DNA of 50,588 nt from Candidatus Eiseniibacteriota bacterium (GTDB taxonomy: Bacteria; Eisenbacteria; RBG-16-71-46; SZUA-252), in assembly GCA_041486775.1 (NCBI GenBank), contig JBGPMB010000003.1, positions 1 through 50,588 of the forward strand, given 5' to 3'. A program made the translations under genes and the position numbers. The notes under the pieces were generated by a model. The model had not been told where the DNA came from and did not search any database. It saw nothing but the letters and a program-made list of their open reading frames with translations. Shown one piece after another: positions 37,401 through 44,686 of this stretch (within the stretch, counting starts at the first letter, position 1; each line of letters opens with the position of its first letter).

Positions 37401-37604
37401 GTAGTAATGGACGTCGAAGTGCTCGGTCTTGAGCACGGACCAGTGAAAGTTCTTGTACTGGACTTTGTTCTGCCCGAAGTACTGGGCGGAGGAAGGCGCG
37501 GGCAGGGCGAGCGCGCCCACCGAGAGCGCCGCGAAGAGCGCCACGCCGGCGGAGCGCGCGCCGAGCGAGCGCGTGGAACTGGGTTCCCTGCTCCAGAACG
37601 TCAT
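34440..37604 (-). CDS. Outer-membrane protein: zinc peptidase (MA/gluzincin-like) + PD40/TolB propeller + Omp85 beta-barrel (paralogue 1)
   Basis: Signal peptide; HELVH..WFMEGMAEY; repeated P.WSPDG..I.F motifs; barrel motifs FRG, EFRFP, FMDAASAW, GAGARINLG..LRYD; C-terminal Phe. Confidence 0.88.
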   Translation of the reverse strand: MTFWSREPSSTRSLGARSAGVALFAALSVGALALPAPSSAQYFGQNKVQYKNFHWSVLKTEHFDVHYYTGEEEAVQDAAVMAERAYRRLSRVLDHQIKAKVPLVLYASHTDFEQTNITPELLGVGTGGVTEFLKRRVFLPFTGSYAELDHVLTHELVHAFQVDILFGERQSLVGNPFSSSPPGWFMEGMAEYLSIAEIDNNTKMWLRDASLEGYLIPIRVLDYVGDIRVYRFGQSIFQFIADTYGIQKIGEILKRTRRMGSVDRALASATGLSVDVLSKKWTEAVRKEYLPQIAEHDKPDQIASRITDAQRDMSNFNVAPSVSPSGTQMVFISDRSMYNDVYLASALDGKIFKKLVEGERTGSFETLRFFNTSIAWTADESRIALPAKIGGQDAIYVIEIPSGKVKAKLKFGLDAIYSPTWSPDGKELAFVGIKGGHSKLYICDSDGKNSREIFGGKYAVRDPSWSPDGSRIVLSTDEGPDTDLKRLIFGKLSISILDVASGNVTVLPNQRGTNISPQWGPGGSSIVFVSDRFGIPNIFRQDLVTGETVRLSNLLCGVSGITPESPCISLSRDGKRLVFSAFTRGGWDIYSIRDVPKFLASPPVLASPSIPAEAPLLAQAGVTEEVSDAERAPLDPPAAAMGPVSPASYAARDSVATSALTIGSRGLASDSMRAWSDSARVAAPDTTLALYVRQVYREPLVDSTTFRHAPYRPRFSRDYVSGGAFFASNIGFAGSSVMSFSDVLGNHNILVSLNLFGDIANSDIFLAYSNLAHRTNYTVAAYQYRADLLLLSSPSTDQVESQIYRGGAFLMSRPFSRFRRIEYGVEAAALDKGVLLYNYDLGTISRQVADKTYLYAAPNVGLVADNALYGSTGPVNGGRSSYTAEHAFGDVSYTTLLMDWRRYSNIHHNYAFAQRVIGGTSFGRDPRLFRFGGAFTFRGVDYGDLTGSNALLSNLEFRFPLIEQLRFGWPGRISLGGINGVFFMDAASAWQKGTTPRFFSSVGGLHSNDLLFAYGAGARINLGYFILRYDFGRGTNFQHPTGSSHHFVTLGADF

Positions 37605-38806
37605 CCGGTCTTCCCTTCCCTAGCTCCGGCGAGCGCGGCCGCTTCCGCGGCCTGGAGCGCGGCCTGGACGGCCTGCGCCGGGATCGCCCCCTGAGCCGAT
37701 TCGGGCCGGCCGCCCCCTTTGCCGCCGAACTCGCGGCAGAGGCCGCTCAGGAGATCGCCTACCGCTATTGTACCCGCTGGCGCGGAAAAGTGCGCCCTCG
37801 GCGTGTCGGTACCCGCGGTGAAGAGGGCGATACCGCCCCGCGCCGCCACGAGTGCCGCCAGTGTTCCGATTTCGGACGGCTCGCGGTCCGGGAAATGGCG
37901 CGCCACCACCGGCCCCAGCTCACCCCGGGGCGCCGATTCGACCAGTACCGCGGCCTCGCGCTCCAGCTCCGCCTTGAGGAGGGTCTTCATCCTGCGATCG
38001 AGACGGTCGCGCTCCTCCTTGAGACGCGCCACAGCCTTCGGGAGATCCAGCTCTCCTGCCGTAAAAGCGAGCGAGAGGTCGCGAAGGAGGAGCATCCGCT
38101 CCCGCTGGCGGCGGAGCGAGCGGCCGCCGCAGACGAACGCGACGCGGGTCCCTCCCTTGTACTTCTCGGTGGAGAGGATGGTGATGATGCCGACCTGGCC
38201 GCTCCGGCTCACGTGGGTCCCGCCGCAGGCCGACCAGTCGAACCCGGTTACCTCCACGACCCGCACGATGCCCTCGACCGCGGGAAGCTTGCGGAGCGGA
38301 AAGCGCCCGACCTCCTCGCGCGGGACCTGGTGCACCACGATCGCCCGGTCCTCCCACACGACTTCATTCGCGCGCTCCTCCACCCGTCGCAGGAGATCCA
38401 GGTCCGGGCCGGGATGAGCCACGTCGATGGAGACTTCCTCCTCGCCGAGGCGGAAGGAGCGAGTCTCCGCCGAGGCGACTTCGAGGAAGGCCTGGGAGAG
38501 GATGTGCTGGCCGGTGTGCTGCTGCATGTGGTCGAAGCGGCGGGTCCAATCGAGAGTCCCCTGGACCCGGGTGCCCGGAGCGAGAGGGCCATCGATCCGG
38601 TGCCAGACGCGCCCCTCCTCCTCGCGAGTGTCGGTCACGGCCACGGGCCCGAGCCGGCCGCGATCGGGAGGCTGCCCTCCCCCACCGGGGTAGAAGGCGG
38701 TCTGGTCGAGCTCGGCCCAGAGCGCGCCGTCCTGCTCGAGGGATTGCAGAACCGTACCGTCGAATTGGCGGATCGAGGAATCTTCGTAGTAGAGAAGCCG
38801 GGTCAA
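37601..38806 (-). CDS. Alanyl-tRNA editing protein AlaX-L with DHHA1/C-Ala domain
   Basis: LDQTAFYPGGGGQP.DRG, HMQQHTGQH, ACGGTHV, GGKGGG. Confidence 0.9.
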   Translation of the reverse strand: MTRLLYYEDSSIRQFDGTVLQSLEQDGALWAELDQTAFYPGGGGQPPDRGRLGPVAVTDTREEEGRVWHRIDGPLAPGTRVQGTLDWTRRFDHMQQHTGQHILSQAFLEVASAETRSFRLGEEEVSIDVAHPGPDLDLLRRVEERANEVVWEDRAIVVHQVPREEVGRFPLRKLPAVEGIVRVVEVTGFDWSACGGTHVSRSGQVGIITILSTEKYKGGTRVAFVCGGRSLRRQRERMLLLRDLSLAFTAGELDLPKAVARLKEERDRLDRRMKTLLKAELEREAAVLVESAPRGELGPVVARHFPDREPSEIGTLAALVAARGGIALFTAGTDTPRAHFSAPAGTIAVGDLLSGLCREFGGKGGGRPESAQGAIPAQAVQAALQAAEAAALAGAREGKTG

Positions 38807-38851
38807 AGTGCGGCGCCTCGGGACGATGTCGGCCGGGAGGGATCGAGGGGA

Positions 38852-38880
38852 ATAGTACCGCCGCGGCGCGCGGTTCGCAA
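38852..38880 (-). promoter_or_regulatory. sigma70-type promoter for alaX-Omp85(1)-PAP2
   Basis: TTGCGA (38880-38875), 17-nt spacer, TACTAT (38857-38852). Confidence 0.55.
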
Positions 38881-38915
38881 CGCCGGGGCGGGATGGTGCC
38901 GCTGTGCCAGCGTCG

Positions 38916-39413
38916 CTAGCGACTCAGCGCGACGTTCCGCTGCTCGATCAAGTCGGCGATCGCCTCGGTCAGCTCGCGAAGCTCCGCCAGGTTCATCTCG
39001 AATTGCTCGTCGTGCTCGTAGGCCTTCTCCAGCTCGTGCACCAGGCTGTGGAGCCGCTCGATTCGCTCCACGATGTCCCGGTCGAGCCGGCCAACCGAAT
39101 GCATCACGTCGTCGGCGTAGGCGCGCTGGGCGTGCTCCACCAGCACGATCGACTCCGCGAGAAACTCCAGCTTGCGCGCGTCTCCGTCCAGCTCCTCCAG
39201 AAGATCGGAGAAGTCGTCACGGAACTGCTTGCTCTCGATCCTCTCCAGCCGGTGCGCCTCGCCGTTCAGGAGCTCGGCAACGCTCGATCGGAACCGCCGG
39301 TCGTCCTCTCGGCGCAGGGAAGGCTCCTGGTAGCCCCGGTAGCCCGGGACGTAACGTGCGATATCGTCGACGACCTCCAGTGTTGCGATCTTTCCCTGAC
39401 GCGTGCGTGGCAT
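38916..39413 (-). CDS. Hypothetical acidic alpha-helical protein, 165 aa
   Basis: Strong RBS GAGGAGG before ATG 39413; host-like codon usage; VPGYRGY..RREDD motif followed by heptad-like helices. Confidence 0.8.
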   Translation of the reverse strand: MPRTRQGKIATLEVVDDIARYVPGYRGYQEPSLRREDDRRFRSSVAELLNGEAHRLERIESKQFRDDFSDLLEELDGDARKLEFLAESIVLVEHAQRAYADDVMHSVGRLDRDIVERIERLHSLVHELEKAYEHDEQFEMNLAELRELTEAIADLIEQRNVALSR

Positions 39414-39428
39414 CCGATGGTCCTCCTC

Positions 39429-39445
39429 GATTGCAGACTGCAATC
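39429..39445. promoter_or_regulatory. Perfect 8-1-8 palindrome GATTGCAG-A-CTGCAATC abutting the RBS of the hypothetical gene
   Basis: Read directly from the sequence. Confidence 0.55.
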
Positions 39446-39482
39446 CCCGCGACCCTAATCTCGATGGCGCAACGTTCCGGCG

Positions 39483-39497
39483 GCAAGTTCCGCGCCG
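39483..39497 (-). promoter_or_regulatory. Candidate sigma54 promoter for the 165-aa hypothetical gene
   Basis: CGGCGCGGAACTTGC: GG-N10-GC with a TTGC -12 element, about 70 bp upstream of the ATG. Confidence 0.4.
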
Positions 39498-39594
39498 AGC
39501 TCGCCACGAACGTCGGGAGCGGTTCTATCTGCTTCCCACGGTCGCGGATCCCGACTTCCCGCGGCCGCGATTACCGGCCGACCACGTGGGATCC

Positions 39595-39624
39595 GTAGCG
39601 GGGAGTTCGCAACTCCCATGCCAC
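39595..39624 (-). other. Stem-loop just after the propeller-lipoprotein stop codon
   Basis: GGGAGTT-cgc-AACTCCC (39601-39617) with an imperfect outer extension; no U-tract. Confidence 0.45.
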
Positions 39625-39641
39625 GCGCCTGCCTCAGGGCG

Positions 39642-40916
39642 TCAGGGAACGGTGACGCGAACGGCGTACGGTGTCTCGAGGAGGGGCGAAGAGCGGAGGG
39701 TGGCACCGGTCGGGCTGATCTCGAGAACGCGATGGGCGCGAAGATCGGCGACCCAGCAGGAGCCCGTGACGGGATCGATGTCGATGCCGTAGGGCTCGAT
39801 GCCGGTGACGGTGGCGAGCGTTACTCCGGCGCGTGTGATGAGGCTGAGGCGTCCGGCCCCGAGATCGGGCACGCCGCGCTCGCTCATCCAGAGATCGCCG
39901 CTTGCGGAATCGACCGCGAGGTCCGCGGCGTTCAGAACCGAGGATCGGATCCGGGTCGCAGAGCTGTCGGCGGGATCGAGATAATAGAGGCTCCCGGTCG
40001 CGGCGCGGGTGGCGACCCAGGCGCCTCCGGTCGCCTCGTCCAGCGCGATCGCTCGGATAGGGTTTCCGTCCAGGGACCAGGTGTGCGTCAGCACGAGATC
40101 CTGCGCGCGATACCGGTACACCTGCCCTTCCTCGTTTCCGATCCACACCGTGGGATCGTTCGTGCCCGCCTCGACGATGCGCGGATCGGGCACGTCGTTG
40201 ATCGACCGCTGGGGCGCGGGATCGTCCACGTTGGGTCCGTACGAGATCACGCTTCCGGACGTGAGGGAGACCACCCATCCGAGGCCGCGGTTGCTCGACA
40301 CCGACAGATCTCCCGGCGCGCCGACGTCGATCTCGGCGCCCACGGTCGCCCCGTCCGGGGTTCTCCGGATCACCCTGCCCGCGTCCTCCGCGGCGAGCCA
40401 GAGGAGCCCGTCCTTTCGATCCAGCTCCATGTCGACGTAGCTCTCGCTGGCGACCCGTTCGTAGAGAACATCGCGTGCATCCGGGCTCAATCGCAGGAAC
40501 GAAGGCGTGCCCGCGGCGAGCACGTAGATCTTTCTCCGGCCCGGGGTCGCGCTGTCCGGAGCGCTGACGACGCTGTCCCCGTTTTCCAGATGCGCGATCA
40601 GCCGGTAGACGTAGGTCGAATCGTTCGCCACGCTCGAGTCTTCCGCCGCGATCGCGTCCGGATTGTAGTCGGCGGTCCCGAGACCCCGCGGCTGACCTCC
40701 CGGGATCCAGCGCTGGACGCGATAGCCCGAGACACCCCGGACCGTGAGCACGGGCCAGCGGAGTTCGACGATATGGTCGGCCGCGATGGCGTTGAAGCCC
40801 ACGAGCGCCCCCTGAGTCTGCTCGTTGCGAGGATCCAGCGGATTCGAGCGATCCCGGGTGGTGCAGCCTCCGAGGCAGATCGCCGCGAGAATCAGGAGGC
40901 GCGCGGCACGGATCAC
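39642..40916 (-). CDS. Lipoprotein with FN3-like domain and NHL/Vgb-like beta-propeller
   Basis: GTG 40916 (GTGA overlap); lipobox LGG-C then RSNPLDP; VELRW..GYRVQR..YVYRL (FN3-like); repeated P..I..D...G..WV blades. Confidence 0.8.
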   Translation of the reverse strand: MIRAARLLILAAICLGGCTTRDRSNPLDPRNEQTQGALVGFNAIAADHIVELRWPVLTVRGVSGYRVQRWIPGGQPRGLGTADYNPDAIAAEDSSVANDSTYVYRLIAHLENGDSVVSAPDSATPGRRKIYVLAAGTPSFLRLSPDARDVLYERVASESYVDMELDRKDGLLWLAAEDAGRVIRRTPDGATVGAEIDVGAPGDLSVSSNRGLGWVVSLTSGSVISYGPNVDDPAPQRSINDVPDPRIVEAGTNDPTVWIGNEEGQVYRYRAQDLVLTHTWSLDGNPIRAIALDEATGGAWVATRAATGSLYYLDPADSSATRIRSSVLNAADLAVDSASGDLWMSERGVPDLGAGRLSLITRAGVTLATVTGIEPYGIDIDPVTGSCWVADLRAHRVLEISPTGATLRSSPLLETPYAVRVTVP

Positions 40917-41755
40917 CGGCCGGAGCCGTTCACGAGAAGCACGAGCCCGCCGGTGAAGAACGCCTGCCCCACGCCCAGCGAGGCGAGCGAGAGGTGGTCG
41001 TAGCGGACCGCGCGATCGAAGTAGGTGTCGAGCACGCGGCGGTCCGAGGATTCGAGGTAACGGTTGTACCACCGGTCGCCGTCTCGGCGGAAAACCGCCG
41101 CGGCTCCGGTGAGCGTGGCCCCGATCCCCACGAGGCTCCACTGGAGCCACCGCTTGCGGAGGAGCGGCGTCTTCCGCGGAGCGGGAGGGAGGGTCTCGGC
41201 GATCCGGCGCAAGGAGACCGCGACCCGTCCGCCCGATTCATCCAGCGCGAGCAGCGACTGGCCGGCGAGCACGCTGTCGGCGTGATCCAGCGCCTCGAGC
41301 CGGAAGCGATTCCCTTCGAGAAACGCCGAGCGGAGCGAGAGCGGCGTCTCGCCGAGCAACGAGTCCTTCGCCGTACCGGTGACCCGGTAGACGCGGGCGG
41401 GCTCGGGAATCGTCCGGAGCATCACGCTGGGTCTCAGATCGAGGAAGACTCGGGTCACGACCCCCGGCTGAAGCAGCGCCGACGCCTCGTCGGAGACCGA
41501 ATCGAACCGACGCGGATCGTCGCGGAGTGCCCGGACGCGCACCGTCTTCGCGGGAATCCAGATGGGGCCCAGCGGCGAGCGCCCCGCCTCCACCTGGTCG
41601 ATGAGGATGAGGAGTCCCGGCGGGGAGGTCTCGACGACCAGCCCTCCCGCCAGGGAATCGGGCGGGACGAGATCGCGCTGGAGATAAGAGCCGGCGAGAA
41701 GGTGGGACGGGGACGCGAAAAGGGCCGCGGCCGCCAGAGCGACCGCGTAGCAGAC
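40913..41755 (-). CDS. PEGA-domain exported protein with C-terminal hydrophobic hairpin (start uncertain; first canonical start is 41593)
   Basis: Upstream of GTG 41593 the frame encodes a signal-like VCYAVALAAAALFA and the PEGA start GLVVETSPPGLLILID..GRSPL; second repeat LRTIPEPARVY..LGETPL; two C-terminal TM segments. Confidence 0.7.
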   Translation of the reverse strand, partial: VCYAVALAAAALFASPSHLLAGSYLQRDLVPPDSLAGGLVVETSPPGLLILIDQVEAGRSPLGPIWIPAKTVRVRALRDDPRRFDSVSDEASALLQPGVVTRVFLDLRPSVMLRTIPEPARVYRVTGTAKDSLLGETPLSLRSAFLEGNRFRLEALDHADSVLAGQSLLALDESGGRVAVSLRRIAETLPPAPRKTPLLRKRWLQWSLVGIGATLTGAAAVFRRDGDRWYNRYLESSDRRVLDTYFDRAVRYDHLSLASLGVGQAFFTGGLVLLVNGSGR

Positions 41756-41783
41756 CTGGCGTGCCCCGTCTCCGAGACGAGAA

Positions 41784-44579
41784 CTAGTAGTCGAAACCCA
41801 CGTAGAATTCGCGCTCCCAACCCGGCTTGACTCTCTGGAAATCCGTTTGACGAGCCAGATCGTAGCGCAATACGAAGTATCCGCCCAGGCTCATCCGGAG
41901 CCCGAGCCCGAAGCTTCCCAGGGGCCGGGGGAATCTCTCGAACTTCTCCCAGGCGTTCCCCGCGTCCGCGAAGACCGCCCCTTCGATTCCGGGCAGCTCG
42001 AGGGTCCCGGGGCCCAGGACCAGCCGGTCGAAGAGCGGGAATCGGTATTCCGCATTCGCGAGGTACATCCGGGTTCCGAAGATGCTGCGCCGGCCGTAGC
42101 CGCGCAGCGAGTAGGAGCCGCCCAGCGCGAACCGTTCCGGATCCGCTCCCGAGCTCACGCGCGTCTGGACCCGCAGCGCCACCGTCGTCCACTGGCTCAT
42201 GCGCAGATAACGCCTCACGTCGGCGCTGGCCATGACGTCCTCGGTGTGCCCGTTGTTCCAGTTGGTCGTGAGCGCGGTGGTCAGATTGTAGCGCCCGCCG
42301 TCGCGGGGGCCGGTCGGGAACCAGAGCGTGTTGTCCCGGATGAGCGAGATCGAGTGCGTCGTCAGGAATCCGCGCCGCGAGGTGCCGAAATCGCGGACCT
42401 TCTCGTCGTAGTACGCCTGGGCGGTCCCTTCGATGCGGCTGAAGCGCGAGAAGGGATAGCTCGCGAGCAACGAAGCCCCGGCCCGGCGCTCGAAGAATTG
42501 ATCTCCGATCGCGTCCTGATAATCCGCCGCCGTGTGAAAGGCCCCGACTCCGAAATTCCACCGGTGCTGGAGATTGATGAACCACGCCCCCCCGTTCATC
42601 CGCGAGAGGATCTCGTTCGTCGACTGGGCCGTGTTGCCGAGCTGGAAGTAGAAGAGCCTGTTTCCGAGCAGATCGCTGACGGCGCCCTGGAGACCCTCGC
42701 CCACGTTCTCCGTCGGGTCGACCCCGAGTCCGCCCTGCACCAGATCCAGCCCGTACCGCGGCTCGTAGGGCGCCGGAGTCTGGGTCGAGCGCGCCAGGGT
42801 GTCGTCCCAGCGCCACGGCGCGGGCGTGTCGGTCAGCGCGAGCGCGAAGGGATCCACGAGGGTGTCGGGCACGGCCATCTGGTAGATCCCGAACCCTCCG
42901 CGGCGGAAGCCCGTGAAGAGGACTCCCTTGCCGTTCGGAAGCCACGAGGGGTCCAGCGCCGAACCCAGGAGCCGTTTGAACCGGCCGCCCTGGCCGTTGA
43001 CGTCCACCGCGTAGAGGTCGTACGAGCCGTCCCGATCCGAGGCGAACGCGATCCGGCTCCCGTCGGGAGACCAGCTCGGCGTCTGGTCGGTCCAGGCGCC
43101 GCAGGTGAGGTAGCGGATGGAGAGCGTCCCGACGTCGATCAGGAAGAGATTCTGGTGTCCTTCCGAGCCGTATCGCGTCCGGTCCGAGGCGAAGGCGATC
43201 TGCTTGCCGTCGGGCGACCACGTCGGATCCAGGTCCGTATAGAAATCGTTCGTGAGCCGGGTCAGGCCCTTCGTCTCCCGGTCGAAGACATAGAGATCCA
43301 TCTGCCCCGACGGCTTGAGACCGGCGATCGCGATCTTCGTCCCCTCGCGATTCCACGCGGGCGAGGAGAGCGCGATCAGATTGTCCAGGTATTCGCGGAT
43401 CAGAACCTTCTTCGTGGCGACGTCGTAGATGAAGAGCGCGTCCCGCTCGTTCCACTTGGAGACGAACGCCAGCTCTCCCTTCTTGGAAATGTCGATCCGG
43501 CTCTGGAACGGATGGAAGGACTCGAACTGCGCCGCGCGCTGTCCGCGCACCACCGAGTGGACGTCCTGCTCGCGCCCGCGCCAGGACGCGCTGTAGATAT
43601 TGGTGTATCCGCTGCGCGCGGAGATGAAGAAGTAGCGGCAGCCGCCGAGCTGCAGCGTGTCGGGCGCCGCGACGGGCTTCAGATTCACACCCTCCGACGT
43701 CGCGCGCTCCTCGCCGGCCAGCCCGAGCGTCATGCGGTCCTTCACCTCGGGGAAGTACTTCCGCTTGAGCCCGTAGATCCAGTCCTCGGAGATGCGGCGG
43801 GTCGAAGCGCCCGTCACCCGCTGCATCACCTTCTCGAAGCGGTCGTCCTTGTAGATCTCCGTGTAGAAGCGGCGCAGGGCGTCATCGCCGTACGTCCGGC
43901 CGATGTACTCGCAGAGACTCTGCCCCAATTTGTAGACCGTGAACGTGCCGTTGTAGCGCCACAGGTCCGAGATCGCGGGAAGACGATCCTCGAGCACCAT
44001 GTCGCTCACCACCATCGTCCCCTGAGCGTCCCACTGGGTGGACCAGTACTCCGCGAGTCCCTCCGAGAACCAGAGGGGCGGCACCACGTACTGGGCCTTG
44101 CGGTGCTTCTTGTAGACCTCTTCCAGGATGGAGAGCTGGAACACGTGGACCAGCTCGTGGTGGATCACGTGGCGGAATTCGGCGTAGGAGCCCGTGTACG
44201 GAAGCACCACGCGCCCCTTCGCGAACTCGGTGAATCCCTGCACGCCCTCGGGCAGGAAATAGGGGCTGACGTTCGTCTGCTCGAAATGCTGGTGCGAGGA
44301 ATAGACGATGAGGGGGATGGACTTCGTGACCTCGTGCTGGAATTTCCCCTTGAGGTCCTGGTAGCTGTCTTCGGCGAGCGAAAGCGCGAGCCGGGCCAGC
44401 GGCTCTTCCTCGGGATAGTAGAAGATCTCGACGTGGTCCCCGCGGAGCGTCTGCCATTGAAACGTGTTGTAGTGCACCTTGTTCTTTCCGAACGCGAAGG
44501 ATTGGGCGTGGGAAAGGGACGGGGCGCAGACCAACGACGCGACCGCGAACAGACCGACGAGGAGCTTCATCTTCTTCAT
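41784..44579 (-). CDS. Outer-membrane protein: zinc peptidase + PD40/TolB propeller + Omp85 beta-barrel (paralogue 2)
   Basis: MKKMKLL signal peptide; FGKNKVHY; HELVH..WFSEGLAEY; PTWSPDG/PSWSPDG repeats; LRGY, EYRFP, FADAGNAW, GLGLR..LRYD; ends GFDY. Confidence 0.88.
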   Translation of the reverse strand: MKKMKLLVGLFAVASLVCAPSLSHAQSFAFGKNKVHYNTFQWQTLRGDHVEIFYYPEEEPLARLALSLAEDSYQDLKGKFQHEVTKSIPLIVYSSHQHFEQTNVSPYFLPEGVQGFTEFAKGRVVLPYTGSYAEFRHVIHHELVHVFQLSILEEVYKKHRKAQYVVPPLWFSEGLAEYWSTQWDAQGTMVVSDMVLEDRLPAISDLWRYNGTFTVYKLGQSLCEYIGRTYGDDALRRFYTEIYKDDRFEKVMQRVTGASTRRISEDWIYGLKRKYFPEVKDRMTLGLAGEERATSEGVNLKPVAAPDTLQLGGCRYFFISARSGYTNIYSASWRGREQDVHSVVRGQRAAQFESFHPFQSRIDISKKGELAFVSKWNERDALFIYDVATKKVLIREYLDNLIALSSPAWNREGTKIAIAGLKPSGQMDLYVFDRETKGLTRLTNDFYTDLDPTWSPDGKQIAFASDRTRYGSEGHQNLFLIDVGTLSIRYLTCGAWTDQTPSWSPDGSRIAFASDRDGSYDLYAVDVNGQGGRFKRLLGSALDPSWLPNGKGVLFTGFRRGGFGIYQMAVPDTLVDPFALALTDTPAPWRWDDTLARSTQTPAPYEPRYGLDLVQGGLGVDPTENVGEGLQGAVSDLLGNRLFYFQLGNTAQSTNEILSRMNGGAWFINLQHRWNFGVGAFHTAADYQDAIGDQFFERRAGASLLASYPFSRFSRIEGTAQAYYDEKVRDFGTSRRGFLTTHSISLIRDNTLWFPTGPRDGGRYNLTTALTTNWNNGHTEDVMASADVRRYLRMSQWTTVALRVQTRVSSGADPERFALGGSYSLRGYGRRSIFGTRMYLANAEYRFPLFDRLVLGPGTLELPGIEGAVFADAGNAWEKFERFPRPLGSFGLGLRMSLGGYFVLRYDLARQTDFQRVKPGWEREFYVGFDY

Positions 44580-44640
44580 TCGGCGTGGCCTCTGGACGAG
44601 ACCCGCTCGGCGAGACGACTCAAGGTGGGAACCATGAAAG

Positions 44641-44649
44641 AGTATATCA
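44641..44649 (-). promoter_or_regulatory. Extended -10 promoter (TG-A-TATACT) for Omp85(2)-PEGA-propeller
   Basis: TGATATACT on the minus strand, about 60 bp upstream of ATG 44579. Confidence 0.5.
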
Positions 44650-44686
44650 GCATGAGGCGGTCCGAGGAAGGACGAATCGCCTGATT

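Noticed and set aside
39520-39600. GGGAAG elements suggesting a cobalamin or ZTP riboswitch
   Set aside because: The other conserved elements of those families are absent.
39455-39706. 83-aa minus-strand ORF in the intergenic gap
   Set aside because: Overlaps the lipoprotein 3' end, has no clear RBS, and has low-information composition.
41455-41790. Possible stop-codon readthrough fusing Omp85(2) to the PEGA protein
   Set aside because: The PEGA frame differs from the Omp85 frame, no slippery site is evident, and GFDY is a proper barrel C-terminus.
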